Source: Flavobacteriales bacterium (GTDB lineage Bacteria > Bacteroidota > Bacteroidia > Flavobacteriales_F > PHOS-HE28). Taken from it: 47,306 nucleotides of DNA. Below, one piece after another: positions 18,742 to 26,812 of the stretch. How positions within the stretch are numbered: position 1 is the first letter of the stretch; each line of letters starts with the position of its first letter. The position numbers were made by a program, and so were the translations under genes. The stretch lies in NCBI GenBank assembly GCA_017998165.1, contig JAGODO010000002.1, forward strand, positions 1-47,306, in the 5' to 3' direction. The notes under the pieces are model-generated. The model was not told where the DNA came from and ran no database searches. It worked only from the letters and a program-made list of their open reading frames with translations.

Positions 18742-19092
18742 GTGAAACTTGAACACCGTCGGCAACCCTTGGCGTCGAAGAAGACGTACTGGATGCGCCA
18801 AGTGAAGTTCGTGATGGCCGCCATGGTCATCGTGGGCGTGAGCCTCTTCATCGGGACGGTGGGCTACATGTGGTTCGCCGACTTTGTGCTGGTGGATGCC
18901 TTCCTCAACGCGAGCATGATCCTCGGTGGCATGGGCCCCATCGGTGATCTGCCCTGCGACAGCGCCAAGTGGTTCGCTTCGTTCTATGCGCTGTACAGCG
19001 GCATCGCGCTGCTGACAACGGTCGCGGTGATCCTTACGCCCATGGTCCATCGGGTGCTGCATCGACTGCATCTCGATGAAGTGGATGCCTGA
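18742..19092 (+). CDS. Minimal 2-TM pore-loop (K+-channel-like) membrane protein with non-canonical filter
   Basis: 116 aa (GTG 18742; alternative ATG 18793). Layout is TM1 (VKFVMAAMVIVGVSLFIGTVGYMWF), a pore-helix-like LVDAFLNASMILGGMGPIGD, then TM2 (WFASFYALYSGIALLTTVAVIL). It resembles the ..DALYFS..TLTTVGYGD layout of K+ channels, but the TVGYG filter is replaced. Confidence 0.5.
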   Translation: MKLEHRRQPLASKKTYWMRQVKFVMAAMVIVGVSLFIGTVGYMWFADFVLVDAFLNASMILGGMGPIGDLPCDSAKWFASFYALYSGIALLTTVAVILTPMVHRVLHRLHLDEVDA

Positions 19093-19103
19093 TCGCCACC
19101 AGC

Positions 19104-19721
19104 ATGTTCGACCTGTTCAAGAAGGACCCGGCCAGAGCGCGAGAGCGCTTCTGGAAATGGTTCGCCGATCATACGGGTTCCTTCGAGGCCCTGCTCGCGG
19201 GGAAGGGTGATGTGCGTGACTATCACAGGCTCATCGCCGAGATGCGGAAGGTGGATGAACGCGTTTCCCCCGAACTGACGAAGGGAGAAGATGATGTCTC
19301 GGTGCTGGTGCTCAGTTGTGACGGGAAGAAGGAGGCCATGGAGGCGGTGGTCACGATGGCCGATAGCGCTCCGGTGTTACAAGGATGGCGCGTTGAACGG
19401 TTCAGGGCTCCCGTCAACCAGCCGGGCATGGCCATCAGGATCGGCGAATTGGAACTGACGCCCGACGATGTGCGGGTGGCCTATCACGTCGAGCCGGAGA
19501 AGGACCTCGTCCATGTGGCGCTCTTCGTACGCGGATTCCAGGACGACCTTACCGAGTACAAGCAGGTCGCGTTCCTTCTGTTGGACCACACCATCGGGGA
19601 ATTCAACACGATGATGCACCTCGGAGCCATCGAATTCAAGGAGAGCGCGCAGGCTCCGGCCGGGCTTCACTTGCTCACGCTGGATGAACTGCGGCAGCTC
19701 ATCGAGCGCGAATGCTATTGA
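19104..19721 (+). CDS. Hypothetical cytoplasmic protein
   Basis: 205-aa ORF with host-like codon usage, starting 11 nt after the preceding stop. I recognise no family. Confidence 0.6.
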   Translation: MFDLFKKDPARARERFWKWFADHTGSFEALLAGKGDVRDYHRLIAEMRKVDERVSPELTKGEDDVSVLVLSCDGKKEAMEAVVTMADSAPVLQGWRVERFRAPVNQPGMAIRIGELELTPDDVRVAYHVEPEKDLVHVALFVRGFQDDLTEYKQVAFLLLDHTIGEFNTMMHLGAIEFKESAQAPAGLHLLTLDELRQLIERECY

Positions 19722-19727
19722 GGGATG

Positions 19728-20654
19728 TCAGTGCGCGCCGAGCTTGGTGCGCACCACATACTGCGGCTTGCCCTTCTGCATCATGAACAGACGGCCGAGG
19801 TATTCGCCGATCAGGCCGAGCATCAGCAGTTGGATACCGCCGAACACCAGGATGCCCGCCGAGATGGACGCCCAACCAGGAGGGTTGCCATGGGCGACGC
19901 TTTCATAGACCACGTACATGGCCAGCAGGAATCCGGCGACGCTGAAGAGGAACCCGATCGCGCTCGCCACACGCAACGGCATCACCGAGAAGTTCACGAA
20001 CATGAACAGCCAAAGCCGGACGAGCTTGCGCAGCGTGTAGCTGCTGCGGCCCTCTTTCCGCGGTGCGTGCAACACCTGCAGGGTGCCGATGCGCTGCGTG
20101 TGCTCCAGTATGATCCCGTCGATGTAGGGGTAGGGACCGGTGTAGCGCAGGATCTCGTCGCACAGGAAGCGGTTGATGCACCGGAAGCTCGACAGGTACA
20201 GCCCCTTGGGTTTGTCCAGCAGGAAATTCGCGACCCGGTCGTTGAAACGGCTGCCGAGGTTGCGGAAGAAGTTGTGCTGCTTGCGAGCGTACTTCGTATA
20301 GATAACGTCCAGCTCCGGGTGCGAACGCGCGTATTCCAGCAGCTTCACCACCTCGCTCGGTGGGTTCTGGAAGTCATCATCGATGTTGATGACGTACTTG
20401 CCGTTGCACGCCGCGTAGCCGGCCATCACCGCGTTGTGCTCGCCGAAATTGCGGGCCAGGTCCACCGCCACGATCGGCATGGGAGCCTCCTTCACCAACC
20501 GCTGGATGACCTCCCAGCTGTTGTCCGGACCGCAATCGTTCACCAGGACCACTTCGATGCCGCCATCCACTTGGAGGTTCGCGAGTTCCCGCACCAGACG
20601 TTCGATGCTGCCTGCACCATTGTAAACCGGGATGACGATCGAGAGGGTGGTCAC
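19728..20654 (-). CDS. GT2 polyprenyl-phosphate glycosyltransferase (ArnC/GtrB/DPM1-like)
   Basis: Start re-picked at GTG 20654, forming a GTGA overlap with the upstream stop. TTLSIVIPVYNGAGSI, NDCGPDNS and INIDDDFQNPP (DxD) form the GT-A core. Two C-terminal TM helices (NFSVMPLRVASAIGFLFSVAGFLL; ILVFGGIQLLMLGLIGEYLGRLF) are typical of Und-P sugar transferases. Confidence 0.85.
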   Translation of the reverse strand: MTTLSIVIPVYNGAGSIERLVRELANLQVDGGIEVVLVNDCGPDNSWEVIQRLVKEAPMPIVAVDLARNFGEHNAVMAGYAACNGKYVINIDDDFQNPPSEVVKLLEYARSHPELDVIYTKYARKQHNFFRNLGSRFNDRVANFLLDKPKGLYLSSFRCINRFLCDEILRYTGPYPYIDGIILEHTQRIGTLQVLHAPRKEGRSSYTLRKLVRLWLFMFVNFSVMPLRVASAIGFLFSVAGFLLAMYVVYESVAHGNPPGWASISAGILVFGGIQLLMLGLIGEYLGRLFMMQKGKPQYVVRTKLGAH

Positions 20655-21394
20655 GCGATGGGGCGTTGGACAACGAGCAGAACGGAGCCTCCGTAGGGCA
20701 AGGGTACTCCTCTGCGGATCAACAGTCGTTCCGCGCCCAGGCAGGTTTTGAACGCGTTGTTCACCAAGGGGTGGAAGGGTCGCACGTCGCTGGCACCGGT
20801 GGAGCTGGCAAGCTTGCGCTGCAGTACCATCAGCGGGAACAGGATCGTGTTCCAATAGGAACCGAACACGATGCGGAATCCGGCCCCCTCGAACAGCTTG
20901 ATCGCGCCCGAACGCGTGTACCGATGCGATTGACCGACCGCACGATCATGGTAGGAGAGCATCCATTGATAGGCCGCCAGATTGATGATCGCATGCCCAC
21001 CCGGTTTAAGCACACGGAGGAATCCGCTCACCGCCGCGTCCGTGTCCAGATCATAGCCGAGCACGTCCAGGCTGATGAGCGCATCGAATGACCCGTCCGG
21101 ATAGGGCAGGGCATCCACCGAGCCCTTTGTAACAGTGGCTCCTGACTTGGCCCGCGCTGCGATACAGGCCTGTTCGGAAATGTCCAGCCCATGAAGGTGC
21201 GCAGCGGGGTGCGCAGCGCGGATCAGCTTGAGCATGCCCCCCGTACCGCAGCCCGCATCGAACAGGTCCGTGAACACCGGGACGTACTTGTTCAGCGCTT
21301 GTAGGATATTGGTGTGAAGCCCGTGATACCACCACATGGTCTCCTCCACTTCCTCCATAAGCGTGTATTCCACGCTTTCCATCCCGGCCTTCAT
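20651..21394 (-). CDS. Class I SAM-dependent methyltransferase
   Basis: 247 aa. SAM motif I LFDAGCGTGGML, motif post-I LHGLDIS, and LKPGGHAIIN. ATGA overlap with the upstream gene. Confidence 0.8.
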   Translation of the reverse strand: MKAGMESVEYTLMEEVEETMWWYHGLHTNILQALNKYVPVFTDLFDAGCGTGGMLKLIRAAHPAAHLHGLDISEQACIAARAKSGATVTKGSVDALPYPDGSFDALISLDVLGYDLDTDAAVSGFLRVLKPGGHAIINLAAYQWMLSYHDRAVGQSHRYTRSGAIKLFEGAGFRIVFGSYWNTILFPLMVLQRKLASSTGASDVRPFHPLVNNAFKTCLGAERLLIRRGVPLPYGGSVLLVVQRPIA

Positions 21395-21819
21395 GCCTTC
21401 ACGCCCTTATAGGCTTGGTAGCCCTTCCTGTCCCGCAAGTAGTCCTCTTCGGTATAAGGTTGGTCGCAGAACACTGCGATCACCGTATCGGGTCCGTCGA
21501 AGGTCAAGTGGTTCCAAAGCCCGGGAGGGATGGAAAGTCCTTGATCGGCACTGGCGAGTTCCACGGTGATCGTGTCGCGCCCATCGTCCACTCGCACGGA
21601 CACGCGCCCTCGGAGACAGACCACCACCTGCGTGCAATCGCGATGCGCATGGTTCCCGCGCACACCACCGGCGGGTACGTCGGTAACCGTGAAGACACGC
21701 CGCACCGGAATGCCAAGACCTTGAGGACCGATATCGGGGATCACGGTGAGCACACCGTCGTCGCGTCTGTGCTGACCCAGCCGGATAAGCGAAAGGGAAG
21801 CGATGGTCGTGTTGTTCAT
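21391..21819 (-). CDS. fdtA: WxcM/FdtA-like cupin, NDP-4-keto-6-deoxyhexose 3,4-ketoisomerase
   Basis: 142 aa. VRRVFTVTDVPAGGVRGNHAHRDCTQVVVCLRGRVSV matches the FdtA/QdtA-type cupin core. ATGA overlap with the aminotransferase stop. Confidence 0.75.
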   Translation of the reverse strand: MNNTTIASLSLIRLGQHRRDDGVLTVIPDIGPQGLGIPVRRVFTVTDVPAGGVRGNHAHRDCTQVVVCLRGRVSVRVDDGRDTITVELASADQGLSIPPGLWNHLTFDGPDTVIAVFCDQPYTEEDYLRDRKGYQAYKGVKA

Positions 21820-22940
21820 CGCTGTACGGTAAAGAAACCGCGCACGGCCTCACAGACCCGTTGTTGATCGGTATCGGATAGTTCCGGATACAACGGCAAT
21901 GAAAGAACTGTTTCGGCGAGGCGCTCGGTGACCGTCATGGGGCCCTTGCGTATCCACGGGCGGTAAGCGGGTTGTTGGTGAACGCCGAACGGATAGTGCA
22001 CCCCCGCGATGATCCCACGTTCGGCCAGGTGTGCCCGGAGCGCTTCCCGCTGGGACAGGTCAAGCAGTTCGATCACGTACAGATGGTACGCATGCGTGCA
22101 TCCCGCTCCTACGGTCGGAAGCTTGATGGGCAGGGCCTTCAGTTGCCTCGTGTATGTCCCGGCAAGCACGCGGCGACGTCCGGTCTGCGCGTCCAAGTGC
22201 CGGAGTTTCACCGACAGGATGGCGGCCTGGAGCGGGTCGAGCCGGCTGTTCCAACCTTGCACCAGGCTGTATTGCGGTTTTTCCCAGCCGTACTGACGGA
22301 GCAATCGGAGCTTGATCGCCAAGGCATCATCGCTCGTGAGCACCATGCCCGCATCACCGATCGCGCCAAGATTCTTGGTAGGGTAGAAACTGAAGGTGGA
22401 AACGTGCCCGAAAGCGCCGACTTTTTTGCCCTGCCATTCGGCCGCGTGGGCTTGGGCGCAATCCTCCACGAGGAACAGGCCGTGCTTGGCGCACACTTCC
22501 CCAAGCGTTCCCAGGTCGGCCGGATGACCATACAGATGCACGGCGATGATGGCTTTGGTCCGCGATGTGATCAACGCTTCCGCCGCGACGGGATCGATCG
22601 TGCGGGTGCGCGGGTCGACGTCCGCGAGGACCGGTACCGCGCCCGCCATACCGATGGCTGCGACCGTGGCCACGGCCGTGTGCGATACGGTGATCACTTC
22701 GTCACCATCACCGATACCGAGCGCCCGCAAAGCCAGATGGATGGCATCCGTGCCGTTGTTCACCCCGATGCCATGGGCCGTACCGATGTATCGCGCGAAC
22801 GCGCTCTCGAGATCAGAAACCGTTGTGCCCAAGATGTATCCCGGCCCGTTCAGCACACCACGGATCGCCTCATCTATCTCTTCTTTCAAGGCCAGATAAC
22901 CCGCACGCGGATCGGAGGTGTGAACGGGCGTTTCCTTCAT
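21816..22940 (-). CDS. DegT/DnrJ/EryC1/StrS family PLP-dependent sugar aminotransferase
   Basis: Track ORF extends to 23051. I prefer the ATG at 22940 (MKETPVHTSDP), with 22955 as an alternative. GYILGTTVSDLESAFARYIG, SFYPTKNLGAIGDAG (PLP Lys) and YHLYVI are family signatures. Confidence 0.85.
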   Translation of the reverse strand: MKETPVHTSDPRAGYLALKEEIDEAIRGVLNGPGYILGTTVSDLESAFARYIGTAHGIGVNNGTDAIHLALRALGIGDGDEVITVSHTAVATVAAIGMAGAVPVLADVDPRTRTIDPVAAEALITSRTKAIIAVHLYGHPADLGTLGEVCAKHGLFLVEDCAQAHAAEWQGKKVGAFGHVSTFSFYPTKNLGAIGDAGMVLTSDDALAIKLRLLRQYGWEKPQYSLVQGWNSRLDPLQAAILSVKLRHLDAQTGRRRVLAGTYTRQLKALPIKLPTVGAGCTHAYHLYVIELLDLSQREALRAHLAERGIIAGVHYPFGVHQQPAYRPWIRKGPMTVTERLAETVLSLPLYPELSDTDQQRVCEAVRGFFTVQR

Positions 22941-23156
22941 CGGTCGCTGGTGCATGCTCAAGGGGAGCGAAAAGTAGAGGCCCGGAAAGGTCTGGAAGAT
23001 CCCGGCCGGGATGAAGATGAACGCACATTTGTTGGCGGTCAGAAAGTCCACCCGTCACTCGGTTCAACAGGTCGGGGTGGACAGCGGCCGCAGCGGCGTG
23101 CCCGGCGCCCGTTATCGGCCCCTAACCTTGTGCGTCGTCGTATCGCGACCCTTCGC

Positions 23157-24629
23157 ATGGCCATATTGACCGGAAAGACCTTCATCGAGCGTCGTTGGGC
23201 GCTGCTCATTCTCATCGCGCTGGTCTTCCGCGCGCTGTATGTCTTCTATCACATCCGGGAGTGTACGCCGGACACGCGCATCGGCACCTTCGCCATCTAT
23301 ACAGGCGACACGGAATCGTATCTGCTGCCCATCGAGAACTACATCGAACATGGCGACTACAAGCCGGACTATCGCCTGCCTGGTGTAGGGGTCCCGTACT
23401 GGGTTTTCCGATCCGTTCTCGCACCGGAAGCCGCACGCGATGCCCTCGTCATCTTCCAATGGTTGCTCTCAGGCATCAGTGTTTACCTGCTGGCGCTGAT
23501 CACCCTGAGATGGACAGGATCAACGCGGACTTCGATCATTGTTTACATTTTGTTCCTGCTCAGCGCGTACTCCAGCTGGTTCGACCCGGCGATCTCATCG
23601 GACAGTCTTTCCGTCACCGTGCTCATTTTTCAGGTGTACGTATTTCAATTGGCGATGGAGCGGCAACGGGTAGGGCTTGTCATACTCGCCGGACTGCTCC
23701 TGACCTGGTTGGTGTTTTTGCGGCCGGTGAGCGCCGCGCTTGTGCCGGTGGCCGCTTTTCTGGTCTGGCGCAAATGGAACGGGGACCGCGCGCTGCGGGC
23801 GGCGATCCTCTTCTTGGTGCCGTTCGCGGTGATCGATGGCGCTTGGGCAGTCCGCAACCTCCGGGTGAACGGTCAGTTGAATCCGCTCACCAACGAAGGG
23901 GTCATGCCCGTGTACGTGACGGACGGGCGTTGGTGGGAGGTCATGAAATTCATGCAGTGCTATGGCGGCGACTACATCTGGTGGAATCCGGGGACCACGA
24001 TGCGCTGGTTCGGCGTCTGGAAGGGTGGTGGTGCCCTAGACGATGAAGGTCGAAAGGCTGAACCTCCGCCGCCGTACGCCTATGTTCCGGCCTATGACCA
24101 GGACAGCCTGCAACTCGTCGCGAACGATGTGCGCCTGCTGGCCACCGGAACATTGTCCCATACGGATTCGCTCGTCACGGCGGCGAGCATCGCTTCCCGG
24201 TTGCAGCGGTATTCTGAAGCGTACAAAAAAGGCGCACCGTTCAACTACCACGTCATGAGCCGCCTGCGGATGCTGAAGAACGAGATCGGGCAGAACGGGA
24301 CCGAATCACTGCTGCTCCGCCCCTTCGGAGCGTTACCCGCTTGGGAGAAGGGCTGGAAACTGCTCCAGGTCGGGCTTTTCCTCTTCAGCTTGGTGGTCGG
24401 TGGGCTGGCCATGCTGCTGATGCGTTGGGTCCCGGGTGCTGAGGGAACGACCTTCCGTGCATGGGTGCCTTGGTTCACCTTGTTCACGATCCTCATCTAC
24501 CCCTTCGGCTTCCGGATGTGCGAGTGGCGCTACCTGGTCATGGTCTTCCCGCTGCTCTTGATGATGGCCGTGATCGTGAGCGAGGCGCTTTGGGTGCGCT
24601 TCGGCCCTTCGGCCAGGAGGGGTACTTGA
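23157..24629 (+). CDS. Polytopic membrane glycosyltransferase, GT-C fold (ArnT/PMT, GT39/GT83-like)
   Basis: This is the last 490 codons of the 885-aa track ORF; the first 395 codons are antisense to the aminotransferase. ATG 23157 gives MAILTGKTFIERRWALLILIALVF. The first-loop motif YTGDTESYLLPIENYIEHGDY resembles the D-x-x-Y...G loop of bacterial ArnT-like enzymes. About 9 or more TM helices plus a soluble loop. Confidence 0.6.
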   Translation: MAILTGKTFIERRWALLILIALVFRALYVFYHIRECTPDTRIGTFAIYTGDTESYLLPIENYIEHGDYKPDYRLPGVGVPYWVFRSVLAPEAARDALVIFQWLLSGISVYLLALITLRWTGSTRTSIIVYILFLLSAYSSWFDPAISSDSLSVTVLIFQVYVFQLAMERQRVGLVILAGLLLTWLVFLRPVSAALVPVAAFLVWRKWNGDRALRAAILFLVPFAVIDGAWAVRNLRVNGQLNPLTNEGVMPVYVTDGRWWEVMKFMQCYGGDYIWWNPGTTMRWFGVWKGGGALDDEGRKAEPPPPYAYVPAYDQDSLQLVANDVRLLATGTLSHTDSLVTAASIASRLQRYSEAYKKGAPFNYHVMSRLRMLKNEIGQNGTESLLLRPFGALPAWEKGWKLLQVGLFLFSLVVGGLAMLLMRWVPGAEGTTFRAWVPWFTLFTILIYPFGFRMCEWRYLVMVFPLLLMMAVIVSEALWVRFGPSARRGT

Positions 24630-24974
24630 TCAACGCGTCTTGTAGCGCCAAGGCTCAGCCCGCAGCAACACGGTATCCCGCCACGAGCCGGGCTCGAACT
24701 CCCGGTCAACCGGAACAAAGCCATCCTTGGAGATGTGCAATTGGACCGGAGGGCAGTTCAGGCCTCCCGAAATATCCGTGAACTCGAACCGACCGGAATC
24801 GTTCGTCAGTTCGTACTCCCCCTCGTATTCTCCACCACCGAACCGTTCGCGCACCCGTGCGCCTCGGATCGGCGCTCCGGTCTTCGCATCCAGTACCACC
24901 GCACCCACAGTACGATAGCAGTCGCACGCGCACAACGAGCAAAGGCATCCAGCCAGGAGGAAACGCCGCATCAT
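24630..24974 (-). CDS. Small lipoprotein with carboxypeptidase-regulatory-like (Ig-like beta-sandwich) domain
   Basis: Start re-picked at ATG 24974 (MMRRFLLAGCLCSLCAC lipobox). GAVVLDAKTGAPIRGARV...TNDSGRFEF matches CarboxypepD_reg-type repeats. Begins 8 nt after the paaD stop. Confidence 0.55.
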   Translation of the reverse strand: MMRRFLLAGCLCSLCACDCYRTVGAVVLDAKTGAPIRGARVRERFGGGEYEGEYELTNDSGRFEFTDISGGLNCPPVQLHISKDGFVPVDREFEPGSWRDTVLLRAEPWRYKTR

Positions 24975-24982
24975 CTGATCGA

Positions 24983-25465
24983 CTACAGGCACTTGAACTG
25001 ATCGAAGGGCTCCAAGCAGTCGTTGCATTTCCAGAGCGCCTTGCACGCCGTGCTGCCGAACGCCGAGACCATCACCGTGTTCTTCGAGCCGCACTGCGGG
25101 CATGGCACCACCGGCGCTTCACCTTTCAGCGCACGGATGTCCGCCGTCTTTTCCGGCGGCGCGATACCGTAGGCCTTCAGCTTGCGCTTACCCTCATCGC
25201 TGATCCAGTCCGTGGTCCATGCAGGGGAGAGGACCTGGATCACTTCCAAGTTGTCGATCCCGGCGTCGCGCAGTTCTTTCTCGATGTCCTGCCGCATCGC
25301 ATCCATCGCCGGGCAGCCCGAATAGGTGGGCGTGATGGTCACGATGACCTTCTCGCCTTCAATATCCACTTGGCGCAGAACACCCAGCTCGCGCACGCTG
25401 ATCACCGGGATCTCCGGATCGGTCACGCGGTCCAACACGGAAAGGACATGCTCTTTGGTGGTCAT
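24983..25465 (-). CDS. paaD: Phenylacetyl-CoA 1,2-epoxidase subunit PaaD (DUF59 + C-terminal Cys cluster)
   Basis: 160 aa. VLDRVTDPEIPVISVRELGVLR (DUF59/MIP18), TPTYSGCPA, and C-terminal CPQCGS...CKALWKCNDC. Confidence 0.85.
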   Translation of the reverse strand: MTTKEHVLSVLDRVTDPEIPVISVRELGVLRQVDIEGEKVIVTITPTYSGCPAMDAMRQDIEKELRDAGIDNLEVIQVLSPAWTTDWISDEGKRKLKAYGIAPPEKTADIRALKGEAPVVPCPQCGSKNTVMVSAFGSTACKALWKCNDCLEPFDQFKCL

Positions 25466-25481
25466 GGACGTGCTACTGGTT

Positions 25482-25566
25482 CACCGCCAAGAGGCCAAGA
25501 ACGCAACGGACCCGCAACGTGGTATCGGCGTGGCGCATGCTTGGCGCTCTTGGCGTCTTGGCGGTG
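25482..25566. repeat. Intercistronic imperfect palindrome (paaC/paaD gap) built from TCTTGGC-type units
   Basis: Arms CACCGCCAAGAGGCCAAGAACGC (25482-25504) and GCGCTCTTGGCGTCTTGGCGGTG (25544-25566) are reverse complements with 2 mismatches in 23 nt. The loop is 39 nt. Confidence 0.8.
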
Positions 25567-25573
25567 GAAAAAC

Positions 25574-26332
25574 TCACCAGGTAGCGCCGGGATGCGCCCG
25601 ATGTAAACTCTGCATCTCCGCCAGCAGCAATCCCATGTGCTCGCTGTGCTTGCCCTGCCGCCCACCGGACATCATGAAACCATCCGCAGGGCGCTTCAGC
25701 GTTGCTTCGGCCAGCACGGCATCCACCTTCTCATCGAACGCGGCTTTGATCGGGGCCATGTCCGGCGCGATGCCGGCCTTTGCGAGCACCGCATCAACTT
25801 CATCGGTCGCGAAGAGTTCGCCGGTGTAAGTCCATAGGTCGTCCAGCGCCGTTTGCGCGCGCCGGTGACTTTCCTCGGTGCCATCGCCGAAGCGGATCAT
25901 CCAGTCGGCGCTCGTTTTCAGTTGGTAGCTGATCTCCTTGACCGCCTTGGCGGCGATGGCGGCCACTTGCGCATCCTTGCTGTCCATCAGCGCCTGCTGC
26001 AAGGGCAGGTGCATGGCGTCGAAGAGGAAACTCCGCGCCATGGTGTGCGCATAGTCACCGTTGGGTTGTTCAACCAGCTTCACATTGGTGAACTGGCGGT
26101 CGGTGCGCAGGTACGCGAAGTCATCCTCCGTGCGGTTCTTTCCTTCCACCTGCCCGGCGTACTGCAGATAGTTGCGTGCTTGGCCGATGTGGTCCAGCGC
26201 CCGGTTGGTGAGGGCGATGTCCTCCTCCAATTGCGGCCCGTGCCCGCACCACTCGCTCAAGCGATGGCTCAGGATCAGATTGTCATCGCCGCGCCGCAGG
26301 CAGTAGGTGAAGAGAGCGTCTTTTTGGGTCAT
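25574..26332 (-). CDS. paaC: Phenylacetyl-CoA 1,2-epoxidase subunit PaaC
   Basis: 252 aa. LRRGDDNLILSHRLSEWCGHGPQLEEDIALTNRALDHIGQAR is characteristic of PaaC (PaaI in older nomenclature). Confidence 0.85.
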   Translation of the reverse strand: MTQKDALFTYCLRRGDDNLILSHRLSEWCGHGPQLEEDIALTNRALDHIGQARNYLQYAGQVEGKNRTEDDFAYLRTDRQFTNVKLVEQPNGDYAHTMARSFLFDAMHLPLQQALMDSKDAQVAAIAAKAVKEISYQLKTSADWMIRFGDGTEESHRRAQTALDDLWTYTGELFATDEVDAVLAKAGIAPDMAPIKAAFDEKVDAVLAEATLKRPADGFMMSGGRQGKHSEHMGLLLAEMQSLHRAHPGATW

Positions 26333-26337
26333 GGGGC

Positions 26338-26446
26338 CCGGTTGTCGGTTGTCCGTTGTTGGTTGTCACTCTGCCGATGCTTGTGGGGTTCGCTTCGCGG
26401 TTGTAGCCGTCCAGCCTGATAACGGGCAACCGACAACCGACAACGG
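26338..26446. repeat. Intercistronic imperfect palindrome (paaB/paaC gap) built from GGTTGTC heptads
   Basis: The left arm CCGGTTGTCGGTTGTCCGTTGTTGGTTGTCAC (26338-26369) pairs with GATAACGGGCAACCGACAACCGACAACGG (26418-26446). The outer ~15 bp pair with one bulge; the inner part is degenerate. Confidence 0.75.
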
Positions 26447-26450
26447 CATT

Positions 26451-26744
26451 TCAGATGTACTTCGCGCCCTCCGGCATGATGTAGAAGGTCGGATGCCGAT
26501 ACGTTTTGTCGTCGGCAGGGTCGAAGAGCATCGCGGCATCATCCGGTTGGCTGGCGCTGATCGCGGCGGCCGGAACCACCCAGATGCTCTGACCTTCCTG
26601 CCGCCGGGTGTAAACGTCCCGGGCGTTCTCAATGGCCATTTGCGCGTCGGCGGCATGCAAGCTGCCCACATGCTTGTGGTCCAAGCCGCGCTTGCTCTGG
26701 ATGAAGACCTCCCACAGAGGCCAGTTGTTCGGGTTCTCGCTCAT
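26451..26744 (-). CDS. paaB: Phenylacetyl-CoA 1,2-epoxidase subunit PaaB
   Basis: Start re-picked at ATG 26744 (MSENPNNWPLWEVFIQSKRGLDHKHVGSLHA...). WPLWEVF...RHPTFY is the conserved PaaB core. The track ORF extension only translates the repeat. Confidence 0.9.
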   Translation of the reverse strand: MSENPNNWPLWEVFIQSKRGLDHKHVGSLHAADAQMAIENARDVYTRRQEGQSIWVVPAAAISASQPDDAAMLFDPADDKTYRHPTFYIMPEGAKYI

Positions 26745-26754
26745 GGTTCGGTTG

Positions 26755-26810
26755 TCAGTTGTCCGTTGTCGGTTGTCAGGCTGCCGGACAACCGACAACC
26801 GACAACCGCC
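26755..26810. repeat. Intercistronic hairpin (paaA/paaB gap) built from GGTTGTC heptads
   Basis: ...CAGTTGTCCGTTGTCGGTTGTC (ends 26777), 9-nt loop AGGCTGCCG, then GACAACCGACAACCGACAACCGCC (26787-26810). There are 13 perfect bp, one mismatch, then 6 more bp. Confidence 0.85.
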
Positions 26811-26812
26811 AA

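Noticed and set aside
18046-19071. 341-aa minus-strand ORF crossing the kef 5' end, the DUF486 gene and the channel-like gene
   Set aside because: It crosses three separately supported genes on both strands, and its translation is Arg/Pro/His/Gly-rich with no TM or domain signal.
21972-23156. First 395 codons of the 885-aa plus-strand ORF
   Set aside because: This part is antisense to the DegT aminotransferase and has no membrane or domain features. The membrane-protein signal starts only at ATG 23157, so the long ORF is a read-through of shadow frame into a real gene.
25466-26812. Possibility that the repeated GGTTGTC/GACAACC blocks are a CRISPR array
   Set aside because: The units are 7 nt, directly abutting and arranged as inverted arms. 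There are no 25-40-nt repeats separated by unique spacers, and no cas genes in the window.
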